From Podarcis filfolensis (lineage: Eukaryota), in assembly GCA_964270895.1 (NCBI GenBank), contig OZ185440.1: a DNA stretch of 64,000 nt. The stretch is one strand, 5' to 3'. The stretch's first letter is position 1, and every line of letters begins with the position of its first letter. This document shows positions 1-13,085 of the stretch, piece after piece. The notes under the pieces were generated by a model. It did not search any database. It was given only the letters and a program-made list of their open reading frames with translations, and was not told where the DNA came from. The translations under genes and the position numbers were made by a program.

Positions 1-882
1 TTGGCATAAATACACAGTATTCCTGACAGGTGGTGGGGTCAGCTGGTGTCTCCCCATTCCCCTCTTTAAGGGTTAGTTCTGAAGAGGACTATGAACAGCA
101 ACCCATTCAAACATATTGATCATAATTTGTCTCAGAAGTGAGCAGGTGGACAAAATCTGACAGTCTCAGGATTTGAGGCATAAAAGTAACGTGTAGAGAC
201 TCACATTGGTTGAAAACCTAATGTATGGACTTGCCATTTATTTTATATCTTTCTATACTAGTGAACAGCAATTCTTTCTCAAATTTGATATGTCACTTTA
301 AGCTCACTACTTCTTTCCCTACAAGAAATTGGCATGGCTTAAATTGGGCTCTTCATTGATGGATATGCATTCCTGGTCAGAGCTTACATTTCAGTATTTG
401 AACAACAGCCAAAACTTGTTGAAACAGCTGTTTGGTTTCCTCTGAGGTTGCAGTTCCTTGTTCTAGAGAGAGGCTGTTCAGATATGATGGACAAACATAC
501 ATTGGCTTTAGGATAGGTTGTGCAGTAAATGCAGCTTGTATAATTCCAGGGATATTTTTCCAGGGATTTGTTAATTTTTAAATGGCAGCTAAAGAAATAC
601 TAAATATCACTTAGCTTTCATTACTTGCATTTCTAACATGTGTTTTACAAGTAAAAGTAAGATGTGATGATGCAAAAGTATAGAAAATCCTATTGCAAAC
701 TTGCTGTGATGTAATTTTTTCTACTGTCCAATTCAACACACCCCTTAAGAATGCATTGTTTGAGAAATGAAATGGATACAATACCAGTCAAACTGTGCTG
801 CTTCACACTTTCATGTGCAGAACCTCACATCAATGGTCTAAATCAGATTGATGTCAATAGAATTTAAACAGGCTAACTAAAT

Positions 883-1066
883 GGGCCTAGGGAGACTTGG
901 GGTTAAATCCCCATTTTGCTGTGAAGCTCACTGGGTTTCCTTGGGCTTGTCCCTGTCTTTTAAGCTAACCTACCTTGCAGAGTTGTCATGAGGTTAAGAT
1001 GTGGATGAGTAGGAGAATGAGATATGCTGCTGTAAAATTCCTAGGAAGAAAGGCAGGAGATAAATG
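883..1066 (+). mobile_element. Degenerate CORE/MIR-like squamate SINE
   Basis: B-box-like ggttaaatcccc, then gctgtgaagctcactgggtttccttgggc and aagctaacctaccttgcagagttgtcatgagg, typical of CORE-SINE bodies. Boundaries approximate. Confidence 0.6.
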
Positions 1067-1336
1067 CAAGACACAAAAAAGTAATAAATTTGTAATGTCG
1101 GTCAGAAGTAGTCTTGTACATAACTAGGGTATGCTGGATCAGTTGCTCAGGAGGACAGGACAGGACAGGTAGTTTCTCTTTTTTCCTGTCCTGTGTAGTG
1201 GGTTACTTGCTATTTTTTCAATAACAAGTCTAGTTAATAAGCATGGCAAATGCTCTTAAAATATTCTGCTTTGGGGCAATTACATTTTTGATTCATCCAA
1301 GAATCTCCTTCACCCCTTTGTTGTTATTGAAAGAAT

Positions 1337-1522
1337 GGCTGCAGCTCAATGAGAGAGCATCTTTTTTGCATGCAGAAGACCCCAGGTTTAATCTTTGGCA
1401 TCTCCAGGTATGGCTGGTAATGTTCCCTGTCTGAAACCTTGGAGAACCACTACCAGTCAGTGTAGACAAGAATGAGCTAAATGGACCAGTGTTCTGACTC
1501 TGCATAAAGCACTTTCTTATGT
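1337..1522 (+). mobile_element. tRNA-derived squamate SINE (Squam3-like), degenerate
   Basis: tRNA head (gcagctcaatgagagagcatc...gcatgcagaagaccccaggtttaatc), body ctgaaaccttggagaaccactaccagtcagtgtagacaa and tail aatggaccagtgttctgactc. Related copies at 45623, 51135 and 60590. Confidence 0.7.
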
Positions 1523-2451
1523 GGTGGTAGTTTTTTTTTGCTTTTGCAGTGTTGTCTGTTCAGAATAACTAAGGGTAAGAATTGTGGCCAGAGTAATGCT
1601 TACTAGCCTTGGAATTGTTTGAATGCTTCACAGTTTAGTAGCCTGACTAGTGTCCATGTGGAACATTTTTAAAACTACACATTGATGATTCAGTAATAAA
1701 CTCATTAGACTAGTATAGTGGAAAAACTGGAATTGGGCATGTACCAGTTCTAACATGTCTAGAAAAGCTCATTTCAAGACGTGGTAATTTTATAAATTCT
1801 TAGAAGTTTTAAGCATGAACAACCTGGAGATCTCCATGTGGTGGTGGTGGTATGAGACTTTATAATACAAGCAATTTGTGCAAAATGGGGAGAATTGTGC
1901 TTCTCTTGAAAGGCAGGATTGGGGATCTGCTCATTTGTTAAATGTAATATTGATAGGGTTGTTTATGCTGTATATAATAATTATATATAGTGTTGAGTAC
2001 CCGCTTCTATGTAGCCTAAACAGCAGCACTTAACACATGTGAGGGAGATACAGACAAGGTTTTCAGAAGTACATTAAGTCTTTAGGGAGAAAATAATGCT
2101 AAAATGGGAGAGGTAGCCCAGTGAGGACTCAGTAGCCATGGAATGTTGGCTAAGAGAGAGAAATCTCACATTCAAGACTGCAGTCATGTGCAGGCTTACC
2201 TGGAAGTAAACCGAATTGAACACAATGGGGCTTTGTTCAAGTAACTGTATGCAGGATTTCATAATCTGGTATTACATTAGGTCAGCCTATTAACAAATGG
2301 CCACTTTTGAAGCATGCAGGAAGACTTAATAAGGAGGAGGTGGTGTCTCTGAGTAGTTTCAAAATGTACTCGGGACTGTCTGCATAACCTGATCTTTTGA
2401 CTGGAGATGGCTGGGACTTGCTCTGAGCCATGCCCCCTCCCATAGTCTGAT

Positions 2452-2605
2452 GTTATAGAATCCAGAGTTCAAAGGAACATCAAAGCAGCCGCAGCATCCA
2501 TGCTGTCTGCCACTTCAGGAAATCCAATAGACCTGAATCCCTGAGAGGTGGCTATCCAGCCTCTGCTTAAAAACATCTAATAAAGGAGAGTCCAACATGT
2601 TATGA
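2452..2605 (-). mobile_element. CR1 LINE 3' end remnant
   Basis: atagaatccagagttcaaagg...ggctatccagcctctgcttaaaaac resembles the reverse-complemented CR1 3' end. Confidence 0.5.
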
Positions 2606-2614
2606 GGTATCCTG

Positions 2615-2717
2615 CAGGGTGAAGATGGGGAATCTGTGGCCTTCTAGCAGTCATTGCTGGCTGGGATTGCTTGGAGTGCAGCAACTTGTGGAGGCCATGG
2701 GTTCCCTATCCATGCTG
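2615..2717. mobile_element. Old hAT-like palindromic MITE remnant
   Basis: Imperfect terminal inverted repeats (gggaatctgtggcct / aggccatgggttccc); same family as the 23741 copy. Confidence 0.45.
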
Positions 2718-2919
2718 TAAGGATTTGTTTCTGCATCACCTGCTAGACATATATATCATGTGTGCATGTGGGGAGGAGGAGTGGAAATGGTTCAACACCT
2801 CACCTCTGTTCTGAGGCCTAGGGGTAGAATGGAAAGTATCCCATCTTCACTTCACTTTGTACTTTGGGTCTATTTTTGAGCTTTTCTTTTCATTATATTC
2901 CACGTATCTGAAATTCAGG

Positions 2920-2953
2920 TTTGTAGAATAGCTATATTTGTAGAATAGCTATA
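2920..2953. repeat. 17-bp tandem duplication (tttgtagaatagctata x2)
   Basis: Direct reading of the sequence. Confidence 0.9.
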
Positions 2954-3599
2954 TCCAACAATATGCAAGAGTAGTTTAAGCTTGTTAAAATGAAATTCAT
3001 ATTGTAAATTTCACTTTCATTTATTTGCTCTATTATAGGTGAACCAAAACTATTTTCTGCTTTATTTTACTTGCCTTTACTGTCAGTAAGTGTTGATTTA
3101 TCAGTGAACACTTCTGATTAGTGTGTTATGTATGGGAAAATAAATATTAGTCAGTATAAAACAGTAGATCTAGTTTTTATAGAGGTATTCCTGGATGAGT
3201 TAGAAGCTTACTTGGCCTTTCAGTTCTTGTATAATCATACCCAGGGATCCTGTGGCTCTAACTTCTTTCCTGCATGCTGAATGCAGATACAAGGCTTAGT
3301 GAGGATTGACTGACCTCTCAAATCTAGACTTCAAAACCTAGAAAGTTCATAATCCTTTTTATGTGTAAATATCTGTACACTGAAAGCGGTGTGGTGTAGT
3401 GGCTCAGACTGTGGAATTAACCTTCTGCAGTCAATACATGTCAATGTTGAAGAAGTGCTTGTGTCTACAAACTTTGCAAATAAACTTCAGAGACAGCATG
3501 AATGTGCATCTTCATGCATACAGTATCTGTTTTCATACATTGAATGTGCTTCCTTCCCCTCCAGATTCTCTGTTGCCATCTGCTTTAGGGGTGGGAGGT

Positions 3600-3905
3600 G
3601 TTTATTAATTAATTAATTAAATTTGTAAAGCACCTTTCATCCGTAGATTTCAGGGCAGTTCACAGCATAAAAATACAAGATAAAAACACAAAATACATAA
3701 TAAGAACAAAACATAACTCCCCCACCCACAAGCATGTGTAAAAGGGTATAGGATGTTAATTAACTAAGGGCCTAGTTGAGGAGGAATGTTTTTGCCTGGC
3801 ACTGAAAGGTATATAACGAAGGCATCAGCTGCACCTCCCTGGGAAGAGCATTCCACAAACAGGGAGCTGCTGCAGAAAAGGCCTGTTCTTATGCTGCCAC
3901 CTGCA
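3600..3905 (-). mobile_element. L2 LINE 3' fragment, old
   Basis: AT-rich tail at left, then tttcagggcagttcacagcat and agagcattccacaaacagggagctgctgcagaaaaggcc; homologous to the younger L2 copy at 10399. Confidence 0.6.
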
Positions 3906-4614
3906 AGACAATGGTCCAGCACATCCACTGCCACACCTGCAGATGTGCTTCAATATAACAAACTAACAGATTTTAAAACTCGTGAAAAATTATTGTCAAC
4001 ACTCTACTGGTGGAAGCGGCCATCCACCTGCCAAAAATTCCCATTGCGGCTTTGCAAGTCTCCTCGCCCCTCTTTAAGCCCCCAATTTGAGATGTTTAAA
4101 AGGGAATTGTGGTGATACTTGCAAAGCCTTTAAGATAAACTGCTTGCTCCCATTTTAGGCTGAAACCTAAAAGTGCAGCTTGAAGCAGTTTGTGCTTCTT
4201 TATGTTGGCAGGTGGCAGTGGGGTGTGTGAGAGAGACTGTTCTACTGTTCGCTCACCCACTTGCTTAAAGAAAAGCACGAGCTGCTTCAAACAGTACTTT
4301 GGCAAAAGGCTTTAATCCCTCCTCATCGGTTGAGAAGGGATTAAATCCTGCTGCCTTGACCATACGTATCCTGTTCCCTACTGGGAACAGGGCACACAAC
4401 CAATGCAGCATTAAACCTTTTCCTCCTGCTCAACAGCTGATGTCACTGGTGATGCCAGCTGATGAGTGGGTGTGGTTTGAGGGAAATGGTTTGGAAGGCC
4501 AAATTGGACCCCCTAATGGGCTAAGATTAGCTCATGGGCTAGAAGTTCACCACATTTTCAGTACTAAAATAGATGCCACTGGTTAAAGATGGTGATGATC
4601 ATTATATAGACATA

Positions 4615-4840
4615 CAATGGTACCTCTGGTTACATACTTAATTCGTTCTGGAGGTCCGTTCTTAATCTGAAACTGTTCTTAACCTGAAGCACCACTTTAG
4701 CTAATGGGGCCTTCTGCTGCCGCCGTGCCGCCATCACACAATTTCTGTTCTCATCCTGAAGCAAAGTTCTTAACCCAAGGTACTATTTCTGGGTTAGCGG
4801 AGTCTGTAACCTGAAGCGTATGCAACCAGAGATACCACTG
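4615..4840. mobile_element. Tc1/mariner (Tigger/pogo-like) MITE
   Basis: TA-flanked, TIRs caatggtacctc / gagataccactg; near reverse complement of the 63744 copy. Confidence 0.85.
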
Positions 4841-6934
4841 TACCTGTTGAAAGATAAATTGCAGACGGCAAATGCCTTAAGAGGCAATTTTCCCATTTCT
4901 CTTACACAAGGGATGGCTCTTCCACGTTTATGTATATTATGACACATGTGCATCTCTCCTAGAAACCAAGAAAGTGAGAAATATGTTTTAGCTGCAGAAC
5001 AATAGCATTAACTTAAATTTGTAGTCTTCTTGTTTCCAGCCTGGTCACCTGGGGGCAAAACGAGTGTATATGTTGCCCTGTCCCCAGTGTCCTGATCATT
5101 TATCAGTGTTTTTGACTGCAAGGATGCTTGTAAGCACATCCAGACAAACATGCTTGTAAGCCCCCTTCAGAACTTCAGACCAAACATGCAAAGGGTGAGT
5201 AGCATGGGACTATCTTCAGGCATTGCAGACAAGGTTGACATGCAAGCCACTGTCCCACTACACACATTCTGCCCTTGCATGTTGAGCTGAATGCCAAAAG
5301 AGGGCTAGTGACTAACGCTTATTCATAGTGACTCAAAAATGTCTCTTAATCATGTCACATACCTGTTTTGTCAGTTTTGTACCTTGAGAGTATAGTTGTC
5401 TCTTGCAATAATTGGAGGAAACAGAAGAGGCTGGGGCTGCTGGAAATCCCACCCAGCCTCCTCAGTTGTTGCAGGATAAAGTCAGGGTTATCCCTGCTGT
5501 TGTAAAGCAGGCAGGAAAGAGATTTGGAGAAAGGGACCAGTGGAAAACCTGCACCCTTTCATCCTACCTTAGCAACCTAATTATGGGATGAATCTCTCCA
5601 TTCAAGGATCTGGCAGTCCTAGGGCTGAATGCACTCTGAGAACTTGGCAAACCTTTCTATAACATATTTCATCCCAGGGCAGTGGGAGGCAATGTATCAT
5701 CTTGTTCATCCTGCTGCTGTCCTCTTAGCGACACTTAATTTCTTGAAATGCAAACAAAACAGAAACATTGCAGTGATAATTCTTTGTTGGTAGTGCTGTA
5801 TATTTAAAAATAATTGGTTATCTTTTAAAAACCCAGTGTTATAACCTTTTTATGCAATAAATCACACCATTGTTGCATGTATTTCCAAGAAAGCTTAAAA
5901 CATAAGGATTTACTTAACAAATACACACAAAGGCATCTCTTTATGCCATAGCGAAGTGTGTAGCTTTCAAACATTAAGTGCCTTAACTCACAGTGCTGGA
6001 GAACTGAACAGTCTGCCCCTCTTGAAGGGGAGGTATAACAGTGCTCTACTTAGAGAAACTGCTGCTCCATTTATTGCAGTGGTCCTTGCCAATTTGTTTG
6101 AGTTTTTACGATACTTATTTGTGATCTACAGAACATGTGAGAGCCAACTCTCCCAGTAGGCTTCGTTTCTAATTTAGGCAACCCCACAAAAGTTGAGTAG
6201 AGTGGCATGGGACTAGAGCAGAGTGAATAACAACTCTGCTCCTCTGCTTCCAAATCTGTATTGGTAAGAGCTAGTGTAAAGTAATAATGATAGACTTTGC
6301 TGTGAAGCCCACCTTATAAACTCACCAATGCCCAAACTACATTGTGGAAACAAATGTGTGTATCAGAGGCCTATTGGCTCTATTGAAGTGGGGGGAAATG
6401 GCTTCAGCTGGTTGGCTGTCTGAAATGGAGAAGTGGCTCAACACTTTCCCTGACTCACTTTCCCAATGTAAACCTTTCCTCACAGGTTGCTTCTTCTTCC
6501 AGGGAGTTTGAGACAGTAATGTGAATTTTCTTTAAAAACATTCTTATGTGAATCAGGGTAATTTGAATTAGAAACGTATCAGTTTGCACTGGAAAGTTTT
6601 CTGATGTCCTAGAGAATGAACTAATTAGCATGTTTAATTTACTTATATTTACTAAACAAAGCTAACAACTTTGAAATGGCCAAGTTTGACTAATACATAT
6701 TTACAAGTGGAACCTGGTTAGTGAACTTATAAAATGGGACATTTTCTGTGGAAAATGAAAGCACTGGTTCCAAGCATTCATTTACCACGTAAACATGCTT
6801 GGAATGCTTGGGTGGGTGGCACAGGGAAGGATTGAGCCCTCCCTTCCTGCTTATTATCCCTTTCTCAACCCACTTGCTCATCTGTTTCTGAAGAAGCTGC
6901 TTTTCCTTGGAAGAGAATGTTTGGAATTTTGTTA

Positions 6935-7140
6935 CCTTCATTTGTGGCATTTAGGTGCTCAATTGGGCTTAGGCAAATTCCTCTCTCTCAGCTTTGGTAT
7001 CCTCCCACCCTTGCCATCTGCAGTATGGGGACAGTAATACTTGAGTAGTTTATAGGGGTTTTTTTTAAGAATTACTGAGATAACATTATGTGCTTTTGAA
7101 CACTCAGAAGTGCTATATAAATACTTGATAATATTATTAA
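6935..7140 (+). mobile_element. MIR-like amniote CORE SINE
   Basis: Core gccatctgcagtatggggacagtaatac and tail gtgcttttgaacactcagaagtgctatataaatac. Confidence 0.6.
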
Positions 7141-8693
7141 GCTGTGTTCATTCTCTAGCAAGCTGTCCTTATTGGTATCCAGCAAATGCTGGTGTCCTGT
7201 GGAGAAAGCAATGAATCAAAAAGCTTTTTGAGTTGTGCATATCCAGTGTATTCCTCTGTGTGTTTTATAAAACTCAGCAACCATTTGTAAGGACAGACTG
7301 CATGAAACCAGCAGATAACGGGATCATCACCAGTGTGAGGCATACTGCTTGTGAAGTGGTCTCAGTTGTCTTTTCCTGCTCTCAGAAGCAATGCATTATA
7401 GATTGAAATGTTTGCTTTTAAAATTCCTCTGTATAGTAAAGTTGCTTCTATAGGGTGCAGTAGATTTATTTGTTGACTGATGAATCTATTGAATGTGGTT
7501 CTCTGCCCCCCCCCCCATGATCAGTGTAGTTACAACATGAAATTTGCAGAACAGATTAATGACAAACTGTATAGGATCAAGAAAATATGTTCCATAATTA
7601 AACGTTCCTTTGAGTCCCAAGTATCCACAGCAGAAGCTGCCTGCTGCATCCCTGCATTGGCATTGCTGTCCTCCTCTTTCTCCTTTGCAGAGACTGCCTT
7701 TTCTGCTCTGGGTAAAGAAGAGAAAGGGGCTGGAGCAGAGGAAAAAAGGTTGTTTGAGACATCTGTGCCTGCATCTCCTAAAAACCTTAAGACAGAATGT
7801 TGGAGGAGGGGCCCCTTCAGGTGTTTTGCAGGTTTCAGGTGGCACCCTGGCCACCCAGGATGGGTAAAAGCATATATCACCTCATGAAAGGGGTTTGGGA
7901 ACTTGAAACTTTTATGTGCACTATTTTGTGGAATTTTTTTAGATCTAATAAAGGTGTTGTCCGCGTATGGATTTGTTACTTTTTTTCTTAATGGCCAACA
8001 TAGCCATTTTAAGGTTTTCAAAGATTAGGAAAGATTCCTCTTCCCAGGAAGATTTAAAAAAATTAAGCCACTTATTAAAATGTGGAGGGGAAAGCAAGAA
8101 AGCATTGTTTTGCATTCAGTAAAGATTGCATGTTGAACTGAGCTGAGACTAACACATTAGTGTTATTTAGAAAGCTCAATTACTATTGCTTTGTTTAATG
8201 TCAGAGCATTTTTCTTTCAGCTGCGCTAGTCTTGTGCTTGATCTTGGCCCTGGAAAGAACTGCTAAGAAGCCCATTAAGGTTTCACTTTCTAATGCCTGT
8301 GAAAGGATTTAAGTAGATTGTTGAAATTGCTCCTAGTAAATGGTGTGATCAGCATCACAATCCACCTTGCTACAAACTGTTGCTGACAGCAAAACACTTC
8401 CTACTACTAGCTTTCTTTACCATGGCATTTAAGAGCTTGTAGACACAAGAGAACTTGGTTAGAATGGCTGCATGCATTCTGGTGTGTGTGTATTGAACCT
8501 GAATCAAAGTCCCAAGTGCACCTGACACAGGAGTTAGCACTTGAGCAGGAGTTGACTGTGAAGGATGAAGATTGGAATCTGCACAAGGGAAAAAGCAATA
8601 GCTTGTGCTTGTTGGGAAAATGCGGATGGTCCACTGGCTGCTAATATTGCTTTTACCAGGTGCGTATGGCTCTTAACGCTGGGTTTATGTTTC

Positions 8694-8855
8694 ATAGAAT
8701 CATAGAATTGCAGAGTTGGAAGGGACACTGAGAGTCATCTTGTCCAACCTCCTGCAATGCAGGAATATCAGCTAGATCATATACATGGGAGTCTGTTCCT
8801 CTGTTGAAAAGCTCTTACTGTCAGAAAGTTCTTCCTGATGTTTCCAGGGAATAGT
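8694..8855 (-). mobile_element. CR1 LINE 3' end fragment
   Basis: catagaatcatagaattgcagagttggaagggac...gtccaacctcctgcaatgcaggaat, the canonical reverse-complemented CR1 tail. Confidence 0.7.
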
Positions 8856-9212
8856 GCTAAAGCCAACATCATGTATAGTCAAAACACAGTTGATTCATTG
8901 GTGGGTGAGATTGCCTAAGTTTTTCCCCTGGATGCCCCCCTTTCTGCCTCCTTTTTAATTTTTTTAACAATTTTTGCCAAATGTGTAAACCTTAATGTGT
9001 ACGAGTTAAATGTGTGTAAGTTGCAAGTTACCTGCACAGATTTGTGTCCTTGTCCTGTTCAGTCGTCTCAGAGACGAGTTAAATTCACAGATGAAAATTC
9101 ATTGTTTGATGGCTGCAGTTAAAGTAACAGCTCAACCTGTGCAGGCTGCCTATCTTGCATCAAATTCTACAAATAGTATTTGCATGTCACCTGCTAACAC
9201 CTCTAATCAAAG

Positions 9213-9736
9213 AGACACAAGATCTACCCACCCTGGAAGAATGGCAGATGAAGGTGATAGACTATATGGAATTGGCGGAAATGACTGGCAGAATCCGAGA
9301 CCAGGGAGAAGAGTCGGTGGAAGAAGATTGGAAGAAATTTAAAGATTATTTACAGAAACATTGTAAAATTAAAGAGTGTTAAAATGATGTCGGAATGAAA
9401 TTAAGTGGTTTTTAGCAGCAATGTTAAAAAAGAATATGTAAAAATGGATGGTTAACAGGTGAAAATGTAAAGTTATAATATATTAAGATAAAGAATTAAG
9501 ATAAAAACAAAGAGGGAAAGGATTTGCTGAAGTAAACATTTGAACTGGAATACAAAAAAGGGAGGTGTGAGGAGGTCAGGGAAATAAGTGAATGAAAGGC
9601 AAGATATTGAAAGATGGATTTACTTTTAACTGTTTTTATTTTTCTGTATTTTGTATCTTTTGTTTCGTTTTTCTATTTTTTTTTTACTTCTGTAATCTTT
9701 TTTGAAATTCTAATAAATATCATTTTAAAAAAAACC
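9213..9736 (+). mobile_element. 5'-truncated L1-type LINE (ORF2 C-terminus, 3'UTR, A tail) with 15-bp TSD
   Basis: Translates TQDLPTLEEWQMKVIDYMELAEMTGRIRDQGEESVEEDWKKFKDYL, typical of an L1 ORF2 C-terminus; AATAAA 9712-9717 and A-tract; direct repeat cacctctaatcaaag at 9198-9212 and 9737-9751. Confidence 0.85.
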
Positions 9737-10397
9737 CACCTCTAATCAAAGGAGTTCACTTGTTTGAGAGTCATCAAGTTATGAGGTTTCAAGAGGGAGA
9801 GAAACTGAGGCAGAGAGAAGTGAGTGATGAAAATGAATATATATTCATTTTATATAGCCTTTTCTGACAGTGCTATTCTTATATCTGAGTGGGATTCACA
9901 GCCCAATCCTCTGTATGTTTACTTGGAATGGGGCTTTCTTCCAGGCAAGAATGAATAAAGTAACAGTCTTAGTTGATTAACTGACATTGGATTATTTTTA
10001 TCAGTGCACTTTAAAAAAAATCTAATTTGGTCCTGATGTAGCCCAGTAATAGGAATAATAATGAAATAAAATGTTGACATTCCCTTTTGTTACTAAACTT
10101 TCTTCAGTAATAAAAAGGCATGCGTATTGAGGTTTTGGTAATAAGCAGATATATTGTAATTTGTTTTGTGTTAGTTTGACTCAGAGTCCTATTGGCAACA
10201 AATGAGAGGCATGTTTGGTACTCTTAAGTGTGCAACTGCAAATGCAGGAACTATTTGTGGAAGAAGTCTAGGATGTGTATACATACACCACCACATTTTA
10301 CACAGCCTCTGTGGTCCTGCGGTTGTTCTCTTCAGCCTCACAGGTGAGTAGAGAACTAGTCCAGCACAAGCCATTATTTGAAATGAGCACCAGTCAC

Positions 10398-10398
<1 letters not shown>

Positions 10399-10455
<57 letters not shown>
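10399..10455. repeat. (TAT)n microsatellite, tail of the adjacent L2
   Basis: Direct reading; abuts the L2 3' end. Confidence 0.95.
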
Positions 10456-10459
<4 letters not shown>

Positions 10460-10808
10460 TTATTATTTATACTCTGCCCATCTGGTTGGGTTTCCCCAGC
10501 CACTCTAGGCGGCTCCCAATCAAGTTTTAAAAACAATACAGCATCAAATATTAAAAACTTCCCTAAACAGGCTGCCTTCGGATGTCTTTTAAAAATAGGA
10601 TAGCTGCTTATTTCCTTGACATCTGATGGGAGGGCGTTCCACAGGGTGGCCGCCACTACTGAGAAGCCCCTCTGTCTGGTTCCCTGTAACCCCACTTCTC
10701 GCAATGAGGGAACCGCCAGAAGGCCCTTTGCGCTGGACCTCAGTGGCTGAACAATGGGGGTGGAGACGCTCCTTCAGGTATACAGGACCGAGGCCATTTA
10801 GGGCTTTA
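10399..10808 (-). mobile_element. L2 LINE 3' fragment
   Basis: Minus-strand frame ...GFSVVAATLWNALPSDVKEISSYPIFKRHPKA (L2 ORF2 C-terminal signature), 3'UTR and (ATA)n tail. Confidence 0.8.
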
Positions 10809-11766
10809 ATTGCTCAACAGTCCATTTGGACTGGAAATATAAATGTTATTATTAATTTCATTGCATTACCACTTTATATGTTAAAGAAAAAAATCAAAGC
10901 GATTTACAACACATTAAAACATAAAATAAAACAATTCAGAGTAAAACAAATTTAAGCTTCAAGGGCAATATTTAGATTCTTCTCTAAAGTGATATTTTAC
11001 TTTCACCATAACAGAAGTATTCTAGTTTGTTTTTGCATTTGAAGTTTGGATACTACCTTGGTCTCTACACCTGTTTTCAGTCTCTCTTGAAGACAGTTAT
11101 CTGGATGAAAGCTGGTGTGCATGTTTTGAACTCCCACAGGTTTTCTGAGAGTTAAAAAGTATAAACCATAACTGTAATGCAATATATTCCTTGAGATTTT
11201 TGATATTGGAATTATGCTTTCTGACATAAATTTCTGTTTGATGTTTGAACATCTGCTTGCCCTTTATTTACACTTAAGATGCAAGATAGATTCTAGCGTG
11301 AAGTAAGGTCTACTTTAGTGAAAATCAGTATTTTACATCCTCTGCCTCTTTCTTCCCAGGATATAGCTGATTCAGGCAGTGATGCAACTGACATGATTAA
11401 ATTGCTTTTCTTAGATTGCTAAATAATTGCACTGTAATGCTGGGCAGCACTTGCTTAAGATGTTAGTAGCCTCGGAAATTGAATCTATTTCTCCAAGTTA
11501 TCTGGGTTCCTGTTTTCTAATCAAAAAGTATTCTAGACCTCAGAATATTTACCTCCTCCCTTTCTGTAAGCCAGAAAATAGGGCTGTTGCTTTCACTAAA
11601 ATTAAATGGGACAGGCTTCATACATTCACTAGTGTAGAGTCCGTCCGTCCCCTCCCCACGCATAAATCTCTGTTGATGATAACCAACTGCTCCACTAGGG
11701 TGCAGCAGTGCATATTAAAAAGAATTCAATTGTAGCTGGTCTTTAATGACACTTTCTTAAATGGCT

Positions 11767-12647
11767 TGTTGTTGTTGTTTAGTCGTGACCGACTCTTCGT
11801 GACCCCATGGATCAGAGCACGCCAGGCACTCCTGTCTTCCACTGCCTCCCGCAGTTTGGTCAGACTCATGTTTGTAGCTTCGAGAACGCTGTCCAACCAT
11901 ATTGTCCTCTGTCGTCCCCTTCTTCTTGTGCCCTCAATCTTTCCCAACATCAGGGTCTTTTCCAGGGAGTCTTCTCTTCTCATGAGGTGGCCAAAGTATT
12001 GGAGCCTCAGCTTCAGGATCTGTCCTTCCAGTGAGCACTCAGGGCTGATTTCCTTAAGAATGGAGAGGTTTGATCTTCTTGCAGTCCATGGGACTCTCAA
12101 GAGTCTCCTCCAGCACCATAATTCAAAAGCATCAATTCTTCGGCGATCAGCCTTCTTTATGGTCCAGCTCTCACTTCCATACATCACTACTGGGAAAACC
12201 ATGGCTTTAACTATACGGACCTTTGTTGGTAAGGTGATGTCTCTGCTTTTTAAGATGCTGTCTAGGTTTGCCATTGCCTTTCTCCCAAGGAGCAGGCGTC
12301 TTTTAATTTCGTGACTGCTGTCACCATCTGCAGTGATCATGGAGCCCAAGAAAGTAAAATCTCTCACTGCCTCCATTTCTTCCCCTTCTATTTGCCAGGA
12401 GGTGATGGGCCCAGTGGCCATGATCTTTGTTTTTTTGATGTTGAGCTTCAGACCATATTTTGCGCTCTCCTCTTTCACGCTCATTAAAAGGTTCTTTAAT
12501 TCCTCCCCACTTTCTGCCATCAAGGTTGTGTCATCTGCATATCTGAGGTTGTTGATATTTCTTCTGGCAATCTTAATTCCGGCTTGGGGTTCATCCAGCC
12601 CAGCCTTTCGCATGATGAATTCTGCATACAAGTTAAATAAGCAGGGA
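11767..12647 (-). mobile_element. BovB (RTE clade) LINE, 3' part: RT C-terminal half and (CAA)n tail
   Basis: Open frame PCLFNLYAEFIMRKAG...NLRYADDTTLMAE...FELWCWRRLLRVPW...HGVTKSRSRL with RT motif YADD; tail aacaacaacaac. No stops over ~290 codons, so a young copy. Confidence 0.95.
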
Positions 12648-13085
12648 ACTGGGCATAAACACTCCTAGCTACAGAAGCCAGTGATAGGTTGGACTCCAAG
12701 TGGACTTCCAGCCTACAAAGCTCTGTCATCAGCTGTAATTGTTCCTAGATTGGAATAGCCTTACCTGAGTTGTCCATGCTCCTGTATAGACTAATGTAAA
12801 ACACTATTATGTGGGGCTGCCCTTGAAGACAGTACCAAGTACCGAAAAGAACAACTTCCCCAATATCAACCATCTCAGATCTTATAATGGGCAAGTGAGG
12901 CCCTGTTGGTGCCACCATCACCGGATCACAAGCCCATCTAGTTCAACATCCTGTTCTCACACTGGCTAACCAGATGCCTTTAAGAAGCCTACAAGCAAGA
13001 TGAAGTGTAACAACCCTCCTTCTGCTTATGATTCCCAACAACTATATACAGAGGCTTACTGTCTCTTATAGTGAAAGTAGCCATT

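Noticed and set aside
7480-8021. Overlapping 122-163 aa ORFs on both strands
   Set aside because: No recognisable domain or splice context; low-complexity intronic DNA.
10189-10704. 171-aa ORF with poly-Asn
   Set aside because: Product of the L2 remnant and the (TAT)n microsatellite.
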